From Gnetum montanum (Eukaryota; Plantae; Gnetophyta), in NCBI GenBank assembly GCA_015680685.1, contig MNCI01002984.1, positions 378,221 to 442,220 of the forward strand: a stretch of DNA of 64,000 bases. Direction: 5' to 3'. The notes beneath the pieces were generated by a model. That model had not been told where the DNA came from. It saw only the letters and a program-made list of their open reading frames with translations, and made no database searches. Shown here in pieces: positions 10,801 to 21,697 of this stretch. The position numbers and the translations under genes were made by a program. Every line of letters begins with the position of its first letter. Within the stretch, counting starts at the first letter, position 1.

Positions 10801-13800
10801 AACACAAAGTCTGACATGAAATCATGACTTACCTGTATAGCAGTCATATGAATATACAAAATATATATCATTATGAATATCATCATCATAATTATCATCC
10901 TAACCTTGTTCTAACAAAACAGGGCAGGTTACATGATTTCTGTTTAACCATTTACTATGAAGAGCTAGATCTTTTGTTTGTTTGCAGCTTCTTCAGATTA
11001 TCTTCAATTATTTTTTGCTAGGTCTTTGTTGATCTTCCTTTTGGTGCCTTTTTTGTAATATATCATTATGAATATGATCTTTCAAATAGCCAAGATGCAG
11101 TGGGGAAACTAAGTAATATTAATATCTGGTATTAAACTGCAAAAACAAATATGGTTAAATGTGGTTAAAAATACAGAGAACTATCAAAATAACATGTAGT
11201 CTGTTGATAATGCTTGTTAGCATACTACATGCTACAAGTTCAATTCCAACATGTTATACACAAATATAAAGATATTAACAAACAATATATAGAAGTGCAG
11301 AATGGATTGTTGTAATGATCAAAAGAATGGTGTTTTAAGTTAAAAGGAAGTAAAATTCTATATGGAAAATTAATGAAAGTGATGCATATGTAAGGAAGAT
11401 GTACAAAAATATATCAATTATCTAGGACCCATAATAACCACCCTCTAAATATTAGTACAATATTTTTTCTTTTCCAATCCTCTAAAAACATGGAATTATA
11501 GTTACATTAACAACTCATAATGATGGGATGATTACAGGGCCTACGTACCTCTGTCCCTCATTAGACTTAACAAGTTGTTGATAGGATGAGACTTTGCCAC
11601 TTCTCATAATCCTAAGGATTGATGTATCTATTGCATATCATTGATCTTTAGTAGCACTATGATACCTTAAAAAGTAGTTTTATCCAAGGTGATTGCTAAT
11701 ACTCTGCATCACTTGCAAAGCTAGAGAACATCAAACATTTGTGTGGCTCACTTGTTTCAAGTTTTATTTTACATGCAGCACCAAGTGATGTGGTTGGATG
11801 TACTCCTAGTCATTCACTATGTTTTCACCATACAAGATCATTTAATCTATAATAGGCTTCAAATAATGGATCGGAATAAAAAATATAGGTTTCAACAACT
11901 TTACCCATGGAATGTGGCCTTACATTCCCATGTTAAGGGCCATCCAACTTGAAGAATCTGGTCACCATCCGACCATGAGCTGGATCATCCTAGGGTTTTA
12001 AATTACACAAACAAGGCTTGTCTCAACCATCATTTTTTGACTACACCTCGATATACCCCCAAGATAGGTAACCAGGGATTGTACGTGAAGTAGGTACACA
12101 CTTACAAATGGCACTTGCATCATTGAAAACCTTTGGGTGTTGTTCACCTCAACTCCTTGGGTCCAATGGCTTAGGATATTAAGTCGAAGTAGGCATATGT
12201 ATGGGTAGGGTTGCATAGTGGTGCTTATCTCCACATCTAGGGTAGGGTGTATGCAAAATAAATAAACAGTGCAACCCATCCATTCAAGGTATGGGGACAT
12301 GATCTCTAAAAATACTACATGCTTCACATAATGCACACTAATCAAATGCATCATCCACCTAATTACTAATTGTGAGTTTAGGGGACCTGGTAATCATAAG
12401 GTCTAAAGGGCTTCTAATCATAATTTATGTAGGTTAATTTTATGGAAAGCAAATAAACATGCATGATCACACACATATTTTTCTTCTTTTATTAATGCAC
12501 AAATAGAACAATATGATTGCTAATAAATAAATGGGGTTAGCACATTGTAGCAAAAAGAAATAAACAATATTCACTTTGCACGAAAGTAAAATCTAACTAT
12601 GACAAAATGTACAAACATTCATGTAATGAAAGACTTAGTCCAAGGAGGCCTTCAGCCTTCCGAGATGCAATATTACCATCATACAAATGAAAGAAGTAAC
12701 TGTGCATCTCAAGTGCATTTTAAATGTGCTATATAAGAACTAGCTCATCATACAATGGAGAGAATTACAATAGTTAGGGTTTGTTTTTTTCATAGGACAA
12801 TTAGCCAATGTTTTCCTTTATTTTCAGACATCCAAAATTAGGCAAACAAATTCTGAAATTAGGTCCTAAATTTTTATCAAACAAAGTTGTGTTTAGGGGA
12901 GATTGAGGGCTTGAAAATAAATTTGAGATTATAATCCACACAGCTCATGAGAGTTGGGATTTAACAAGGTTGTGTTTTGTTTTGTTTCCTTTTTATTTTC
13001 CTCTCATCCTAAGGTATCTTTCAGGCTTTGCAATATCGGTGTTTGGGAGATAGGAGCTTGGGGCATAGATTACCAGCCAAAGAAATAATGATAATAATAA
13101 CAGTAACAGTCTCCCTTTTTCTTTTTTATTTCTCAGGCTAAAACAGAAAACAGAAAATCTTTAAATTCCATTTTTCTGAAAAAAAAAAAAAAAGAGAAAC
13201 AAAGGCACATTCTATGTGTGATGGTTATCATTTACATTTTTTTCCATTTTTACTGCTATCTAAGAAATAAGGAAACAATAAACAATAGATAACAGAAAAT
13301 AAAGAAAAAGAATAATACAAACAATTTTAAATAATAAAAATTCTGATTTTATGAAGCAGAAAACAAACAAAATCCCATGTGCTTATGTGCAATATGGAAA
13401 GGTGAAACAACAATAAAATTTGATATATGCTGAGTTTGAACATCATGATGGATTAACATGGTTCCAAATTTTGACATCTTTATTAATAAATTTTCCAGCT
13501 TCATGTTTTCACATTGAGAGAAATGTAGGCTTGAACAAAAGACTATTTAACAATGATTTGGGACTTGATAACTCTCTTAGAAACCCTTCAAAACTGACCC
13601 AAAAATGATTAACAAAACAGAACATGTGCACTTAAACAAAAGACATCAAAAATCCTCAATATGTATAGCTTTATTTTTAATATTAAAATAAATACTCAAT
13701 GGACCCTTTTGGCCATCCAGCTATTCTATACCAAGTCTTTTCAACCCTACAACATCTTGTAGCCTACACAAGAAGAACACCGGGGCTGGATAAAATGGTA

Positions 13801-16800
13801 GGGGTTAACACCATCAAGCACCTCCAAGAACTAGGTCATTGTAGCTCACACAAGAGATCACCGGCCTTGGATAGAATGATGGGGGGCATTTCTTTTATAA
13901 AACAAAAATTATCACAAAAACATGAAATACCAAGTGCACATGACACAAGAAAATGTTAACTCATAAGCCCAAAACATGCATACCAAAAATCAAATCCAAG
14001 ACACATGAGGGAATCCACGCATGACTCACAACTCACAAGAAATCCCACATGCCCTCATGAAATAATCATCACTTGTCCATGCCAATACAACTTCAAATGC
14101 ATACTAAAAATTTTGTACAACAAGGGTTTGAAATACACACCTTTACAGTTAAACTTGATCATGTTAGAAAGGGAGAAGACACCTCAAGTTTGGGGTGTTG
14201 TCTAGCCAATAGCCTCAAGAAGTTAGCTTCAAATTGCAAGTCCAAGGTGCTGTTAAAATCCTCCACAAAATCTGAGAAAACAGTCCCTTGAATCAGCCAA
14301 ACAATACCCAAAAATCAGTCCCAATAGCCTTCAACAGCAGCAGAAAAATCCACCTTCCAAGAGCCCACATGAATGCTCAAGACAGCCCAAGAGATGGTTG
14401 AGAACAAGCAAGGAACTGCCACTCTTCCTCTCCTCTCCTCAACTCCTCACCCCTCTAACTAGCATAGTCTTCCCTTGCTTGGCCAAAAGTGAAAATGAGA
14501 ACAAACACCTTTTCTATTTATAGGATAGACGAGGCCCTCGGCTTGGGCAAAGACTTGTGCACAAAAGTTTACACAATGAACAAGGAGTAGATAACCCATT
14601 CTTCAAAAATCATTTTTTTAATTCATAGCATCATTGCTACTTGACTTGGACAAGCAAACTCTCATGAGGGAGGAGACACATGAAATTGACTACATTCAAG
14701 AGAGTTACATGGCCCCTATTAAATGAGTCCCTTTTTTCCTTTTCCAGCTATTAATATGAAGTGGACAATTTGCATATAAATAACATAGACGCCATCATAA
14801 GCATGCTATAGAGCATATATCACCATCTCACATTGACTGTTCTTATGGCCCCACCTTTTTGTCTTGTTTTAAGTCACTTTTTAGTTTATATTCTATGAGG
14901 GTTTCTAATTTATTTTTAGCCTTTTATCTATTTTCCATGTTTCCTATAATTTATCTAGTAAAAATCATTGATACTAAACTTTTTGTTCATTCAACATTTT
15001 ACACATGCCAAGCTGGTCGTAATGAGCACAAACATGCCATAACTACCATGCTAGAAATTAATTTTTTAATTGAATCAAGGTAAATATGGTTCCATTGGGT
15101 ACTTTTTTAATCATTTAATATTAAAATCTCAAAATATAAAACTCGAATTGAAAAAATGATTGTAGATCTATACTTTAGGTGTAAAAATGAGTTGGTCCAC
15201 CTAATTTGAGTGTGATCTAACAACTTTGAATTTTGACATATTTTAATTAATTAAATATTTAATAATTTAAAAATTCTAACTAAACGTCAAAATACACCCT
15301 GAATCCACATCATGTTAATTTTCTAATATTATTCTAAAATAATGCTAGACTTTGCAATGCTCATTCATTAATAATATATATATATTTTTAAAAAACTTAA
15401 AATTATAAAAAAAATTAGACAAAAATTTAAAAAACAATAGTAATTTTGCTTATGTAACCCAAACAAAGGTCTTCATGTTACTAAGAAGTATTAGACACAT
15501 CTACAAATGTATATATATAAGCCTTAAAACAAATTAAATTCTAAGTATTTAATAGAGTAGTACTAAGGTAACATGTACAAATGTGGGGCATTACAAATTA
15601 CCTTTGTATGTGAACATGGAAACATACTTAAGCATACTTACTCTGAAGTTGACCAGATACAGTTTCAGAAACCCCCATACAAAGGTCGATATTACAAAAG
15701 TGTAAGAAATAAAGATACAGAAGGTAGACACGGTAGAAAAACAGACCTTGAGAAGCCTAGGGTATATTAGCAAAATTTTCAGAATGCGTAAGAAAATGTC
15801 ACTGAAATTTATGGATAAAATTTTATGCCACAAGTGTTCATTGAATTCCTAGCAGAAAAAACCAAAACCAAAGAAGAATGATGTTGAAAACATCAAAATC
15901 CTCTTCGTTTGAAACAAGGCAAAAAATAAATCAAGAGAAACAAAATTTAAAGTAATGAGGAGAAGACAAAGGATGAAAGCATTGTGATGTTTTGCACTCG
16001 AAATTTTTTTGAGCTACACCATTCTTCCCCATTTTCCTACATGAAATGACATCGCTAAGAAAGAAGTTACAGCTGTAGAAATATATCACAGCGATGTGTA
16101 CACCTCAAATATTGGTGAATTCTCCAATCTGTGATTGATGAGTGTTGGTACAAAGCCATGTTATGTTTTCCAATCTTGATTGAACAATTTTTATGATAAG
16201 CAAGATATCAAGTATGTTTTTTCTTGTATGAAGCTTCTGTATCTGGGATATCTGGAGTGTCTGTATTAGTTATGTTTAGGTTTCATGATAGTTAAGAAAC
16301 ATTACCGTTGACTGCTTTATGTAATTGAGTAACACAGCCCATCATTTATGAATAAAATACAAAATCAACATATTAGATACATCTACGAGTGAAAGACAGA
16401 ACTCACATTCATCAAATAAGAAGTAACTATATCAAATAAGAATTATATTTATATGCTCTCATTTTATTTCTTCAATGGCTCTGTAACTTTCCATTTTCTA
16501 CATGTTAGTTGCCAACACCAATAGGGACTTTTCCAAATGCAGTCTCAATTTTATCACTGTAACTTAGTGTATATGAAAATTTTTAATTATGGCAGTTTGA
16601 CAAAACAAAAGTCACTGTCATTGTTTTATTTTAAATGTTATTGTTAGAAAAACAGAAGTCGTTTAAATAGTAATACAGTACCAAAAACCTGTGAATGGCT
16701 CCGAAGTCGGACATTGAACGTATGTAAGTGCAGTTTTTGAATTTAGCGTACAAAAGTTAAATGCAGGGCATCTATGATTGTAGAGTTGCTGATTAATGTA

Positions 16801-18061
16801 TTATCTTTTCTTTATCTCAGTAACTTGCTTTTCTAATATGTAGGTATTGGAAGAAAAATTAACTGAAGCGAACTCAAATTCAGTGAGTTAAATTCTCTTT
16901 TTTATTTTCATTTTATATTTAAGATTTGTTGTGCTCTAGGTATTTTGAATTTTTCACTTTTGTAATAGTGGACAGGAGTGAAAGCGAGAAAAGAACTCGC
17001 ATCGATTAGCGCCCTAATTATGTTTCTTCTTGGTTAGGAGAAGTATAAATTGATCAGGAAGTGTGTGGTGGGCCAGATCTATGATTCTTGTCCTGCAGAT
17101 TTTGTTAGTGAAGTTGGTGAAAAGTTTGCCATTAGTCCAACAATCCTTAAGTGGAATCATGTGCCAAGGCTTTGGAAATGGGGAGCTCATGGTGTTGCCC
17201 GTGTTTTTGATGCTCTCTTTCTCGAAAGAAATGAAAGGCTACGTGCAGAATACTGGCAAGCAATTTATTCGTTAGTGGTACTGACTTTGATTTTTACTTA
17301 AAGGACAAAATTAAAATAGACTTCTTTTTTCTCTCCCCCTGAGTCTATTAGATGTTGCATACAGTACGTGGGTCCAATCCTCATACTCTGCTCAGAAGAT
17401 GATGAAATCTCAAGTTACGAGACAATTACAAACTTCGCTACTCGGTTGAGAAAACTTGGAGGCTGCATTAGAGTAGTTTCATGGAAGAATTCTCTTCATG
17501 TTGGTAAGGATGTAATATGTTTTATCTACAGCTAATGATACTACTAACAAGGCTTGCTTATTCTTGGGATAGTTTTTGTCAGCAAGAAATGTACTTTTTT
17601 GAAAAAATGATTTAAATTTTGTGCAAGGTCATTATATGCTCCATCCAGAGGAATACGGAGATGCTGTAGCCTGGCTTTTCAATCAAGCTTTTTCCTTATA
17701 CCAAATATCTTGGTCGTTAGCCGCTGAAAAAACTGTGCCACGAGTACTCACCCAAAGCCCTTGCCATGGATTGTTGTTGTCTCACACATGCCAACAGAAT
17801 GATGCAATAGGTACGATGCAAACAAATTATCATCCAGATATGTGCAAAAAATTGTTAACGAAGAATCAGAGTTTATGCAAGCAGACGTTGACACAGTCAA
17901 TTATTGATCACCTTGTAGAGATGGACACAGCAGAGAATCCTAAAACTTCACATATAGAGATTTGCAAAACTTCCATTCACCGGAAAGATCAATGTGTCAA
18001 GTATCATGTTGGACAAGCTTTGTGCAATATTCTTAGATTTAAAAGTCATTCCAGGTTGTAG
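7602..18061 (+). CDS. TMEM53: DUF829/TMEM53-family alpha/beta-hydrolase-like protein, 7 exons, 402 aa, C-terminal PTS1 (SRL)
   Basis: join(7602..7819,9514..9571,9656..9736,16844..16882,17038..17277,17365..17503,17628..18061) = 1209 nt, all introns GT-AG, open frame. Family motifs GIVVICAWMSSERRHL, VVFASFSGG, GQIYDSCPADF, RAEYWQ, PILILCSEDD, SWKNSLHVGHY. The symbol is family-level only. Confidence 0.9.
7641..7679 (+). repeat. (AATGAA)n coding microsatellite encoding NENENENEDENEN
   Basis: 6.5 hexamer units, one GATGAA variant. Confidence 0.9.
9514..9571 (+). CDS. DUF829 gene exon 2
   Basis: cag|G AAT TTC CCG...TCA AAG|gtcaga; (M)NFPSLSIGLASVVLDKLSK; phase fits. Confidence 0.82.
9656..9736 (+). 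CDS. DUF829 gene exon 3 (FSGG nucleophile-elbow-like motif)
   Basis: tgcag|GAG...CAG|gtatat; EIERRPRPVVFASFSGGATACMIRVFQ. Confidence 0.9.
10656..10875. repeat. Perfect 110-bp tandem duplication in intron 3
   Basis: 10656-10765 is identical to 10766-10875; aata microhomology at the junction. Confidence 0.92.
11500..15595 (-). mobile_element. Probable degenerate LTR-derived insertion in intron 3 (left boundary uncertain)
   Basis: Ends ggggcattaCA (reverse complement tgtaatgcccc, typical of Tekay/Del LTR termini); reverse TATA ctatttatag near 14515; ~82-bp direct repeat at 13757-13886. No coding domains, TSD not found. Confidence 0.35.
16844..16882 (+). CDS. DUF829 gene exon 4 (39 nt)
   Basis: tgtag|GTA TTG GAA...TCA|gtgagt; VLEEKLTEANSNS. 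Confidence 0.75.
17038..17277 (+). CDS. DUF829 gene exon 5
   Basis: ttag|GAG AAG TAT...TTA GTG|gtactg; GQIYDSCPADF and RAEYWQAIYS. Confidence 0.9.
17365..17503 (+). CDS. DUF829 gene exon 6
   Basis: acag|TAC GTG GGT...GTT G|gtaagg; PILILCSEDD...SWKNSLHV. Confidence 0.9.
17628..18061 (+). CDS. DUF829 gene exon 7, ends KSHSRL*
   Basis: caag|GT CAT TAT (AAG acceptor) completes HVGHY..HPEEY; open to TAG at 18061. Confidence 0.85.
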
Positions 18062-18961
18062 TAGGAAACAGTTAATTAAGAGACAATTGACATTTTTTAA
18101 ATTGAGATCACGCCTTTATTCCTAAAGAAGGAAGCCGTTCCCATGGATTTTTTCCTTGTTTGAATGAATGCGTGATCAACAAATATATTAAGACACCAAT
18201 GTCCGTTCATGTTCTTAATTTAATAAACCTTTTAATGACATGGCCATGAAGTAAATTTGAAGAAACTTTACTGTGTCGCTTTCAGCAAAGAATTCTGAAT
18301 TTGATCGTTAGTCATAATCATAAGGAATGTATACACCTGGTGTTTTCCTAAATGATCAAGGTTAAACATTTCGCTTTCGGAAGCTAGAAGTATTCCTACA
18401 ACAGCAGACCTCGGTGAAGCACACAAGAATAGTCATTGATTAGCCTACGAAATTAAGAAAGCAAATCATTATTTGTTATTAGTAAAATGTTATCATTAGA
18501 CCATTTGTTTTTTACGATCAAATTCAGAATCGCATAATAATCTAATTTGAGTATGCAAGCATGAAAGTATAATGAGTCAAATTGGAGGTGCAATGAGTAA
18601 GGGATAATTTTTGGTTTGATTTTTTATTCCTGTATAATTAAGTATTAGTTTCCTTCATGTTTTTAATGATTGTGTGAATACATTTTTGTAAGTTAATATC
18701 AATACAACTTAATATGTTTTTGCAATGCAGTTTAATGGGAGCCAACTTTATTTTGTTGGGATAATGTTAGGATGATGATAGTTTTTCATTAATTTTGTTC
18801 TAGGAAAACTAGCTAACCATTCAAGATGTATGTTTAGGTAGCATAGGTTAGAGTAGAGGTCTAAAGTCCATGCGTGGACTTGTTTAGAGTTTGTAACCTT
18901 TAAAATTTGGATACTCTATAAGATTGTGAGTTAGTGGCAAGCTTGTTATAAGGGTACAAGT

Positions 18962-19741
18962 TGATGAGTGGCAAGGTACTCATACACTCAACCATATGAA
19001 TACGAGCATTACGTGCACGATCCGGTTAAACGCCAAAGACTAAGTGCTTATGCGCCTTTTGGAATACTTAAGGTTAATCAATCGTTGTCTTCCCAGACTT
19101 ACTTGTATTGTCATGGTTGTATGGTTAAGTAAGTCTGAGGCATGTGATTTTTATGTCTTTTATCTTTTAATCGCCTATGCTAAGAGAGAAAAGGGTGAAG
19201 AGTCTAAGTAACTAACTTTCACTAACTAAGCTTTAATTGTCCTAGCATCAATATTTGTTCCCACTTACCGTACACACTTTGAACCAGTGCAACGCTACTG
19301 GTATTACCAAACGCTATTTGTTACTGGGTTACCAAGCGTAGCACACATGCTTGAAGTGGTCGTACTGAATGCACTTAACTAGGAGTTGAGGTTGAGAGAG
19401 ATTAATTATCTAAGAAAGAATTTAAGCATTTAACATTAATTAAATCCTAATTAGCTTAGTCCATGCACTGCAAGGTTTATCAGAAAGTTCGTCTTTATTT
19501 CCGTACACAAATGTGTGCTTAGGTACAATTTGCTCGAATAAAGATCCGTTCACTTTGAGACTCCTACTGCAGGCACATGGAAATTATTCTATCTCTGGAA
19601 TGGTAAAACTATTAGAGTTTAGCAAAGGGTCTAGATCTAGATGAGGAAACAAGGAAAAGCTGCCTCTTATTTATAGACAAGGCGACAAGCTGCGATATTG
19701 GATACGCGATATCGTGGCCCATGCTATATTGCGTCTCATCA
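18962..19741 (-). repeat. 3' LTR of element A (780 bp)
   Basis: Roughly 90% identical by eye to 25239-26039; lacks one ~21-bp GCGATATCG-bounded unit. Confidence 0.93.
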
Positions 19742-21697
19742 TACCTCCATGATTGAATGAAAACTCGTCCTCGAGTTCCTTACAAAATATTGGGAAGGTA
19801 TGAGATTATTGACTTGAATGACACTAATGGTAGATGGGGTGACATGTGAATGGATCATCATTACAATACATAGGAAAATTTAGTATTCATCACAACAAGA
19901 GTGAACACTATACATAATTGACATCCAACCTTATTTGGCAACTGAGAGATAAGAGAGAAGAGAGAGAGACAAGAAGAAGTCTGCTGCTGCCAACGCCAAG
20001 ATTGCATCTTTCGTTGTCCATCCATAAGTGCGCCATCAATCTTGTCTCTTGCATAACTGCTTCAGCGCCAGTCCATTCCGAGTGTTTCCTCCCGATCCAA
20101 TCCATTGTTGTATGATTACCATCAGCACACACAACACAGTCTGATAGTAGCAAGGATAAATGAATCATAATGCAATTAATACCTTGCTTCGGTGTAAGGT
20201 CCATTGGCTAAGTTGTGATATGGTTGATACAGATCTGGAGATATAATACTGGTGACTACTCGAGGTGTAGGGGTTTAGAGAAAATCAAAAAAATTGGACC
20301 AGGACCCCCATGATTGAGAGCGAATCTCTGGTAGCGATAGAATGGAAAAAGATAATGAACAAGAAGGATGGAGAAAAAGAAACAATGGCCACGCCAATAA
20401 AATGGATGTCAAAGATGGCAATGACCAAAATAATTGGTGATTGTAGAAATGTTTAAAGGAAAGAAATTAACGGATGCACCAAATAGAAATGCCAATGGAT
20501 CCTCCCCAAAGCAGGCTTATGCCCTTAATGCTCTGACAATCCCACACTCAAAGAGTCCGTAGGCTTTAAGAATGTCATTCAGAGACAATAGTTAAAGTCT
20601 TAACCACAAGAGTTTACCAAAAAGAAAACAATGCATCCACCAAAATATGGACTACTAATACAACCGACAATGAGGTGATAAATGGGGAAAGAAGGATGGA
20701 AAGAAGAGAATGGAATGAAATCTCAAGAACAAGGTGGTGTACAGCCCCTTGTGTATTAATGGTTAATGTGACTTAGTAGATCCCATTCCACATCCGGCCT
20801 CAAACAAACCACATTCAGTGACTTCGCATTAATACATTCAGCCCATCCATCCACTTGAGGTAACAAGAATGCCTTTACCAAAGAGCCACCACCATTCCGA
20901 CGAAATGAAGGGGGAGAGAGTAGGAAGCGAGAAGGGCCTTAGTTAGAGGGAACATGTTTATTTTAGTTCCATAACCAGTGCTTGTAGCCTAAATGATTAT
21001 TTCGTCTAAGGGATGTGCTTTGAATTCTCACTATTTTATTTTTTTTATTTTTATTTTTGTGTGAGAACCACACCATGCAAAGACTTATTATTTTTATTTG
21101 CTCAGCTTCCCGATAATTTGGCAATGTCGGAATGGTAAGAAAACTCAAAAAGAAAACATCTAAGCACCCAAGAGGATGGCCAGCACAAGTGCATCAAATC
21201 CCCTTGAATTCACATCCTTTTCAATCTTTGAGTCCTTCCTTAGTTTGAGAAATGCCTAGTCACTAGTTTTTTGATAGTTTTTATTATTGAGAAAGGGATT
21301 GTACAGTTCCAAGCCAAGAGAGCATATAGAATTTTATGGATGTATGGATGTAGTGGACTCATTGCCTGCTATATCAAAAGAACCATACCTTAGTATCAAC
21401 ATCATAACTTAAAGGTAAAACCAAACATTAGCAATCAATGGAATATAGTTCATACCATCTTCGGAGCACTTATTAAGTGACAAATCAAAAAAAATAATCA
21501 AGCACACAAAGAAATGAAAAAGTATAACGATGTTGTAAAACAAAAATAAGAAAAGTTAAAGAAATTTGTAAAACAAAAATGTGTAAAACAAAAATTTAAA
21601 AAGAATTGAGGGCCTCAAATGATTAGCATAGGTTGCCATCTCCCCCATGACAGAATTGAAAGGGAGAGATCCGAAATAAGGAGCAAGGTCGTTCTCT

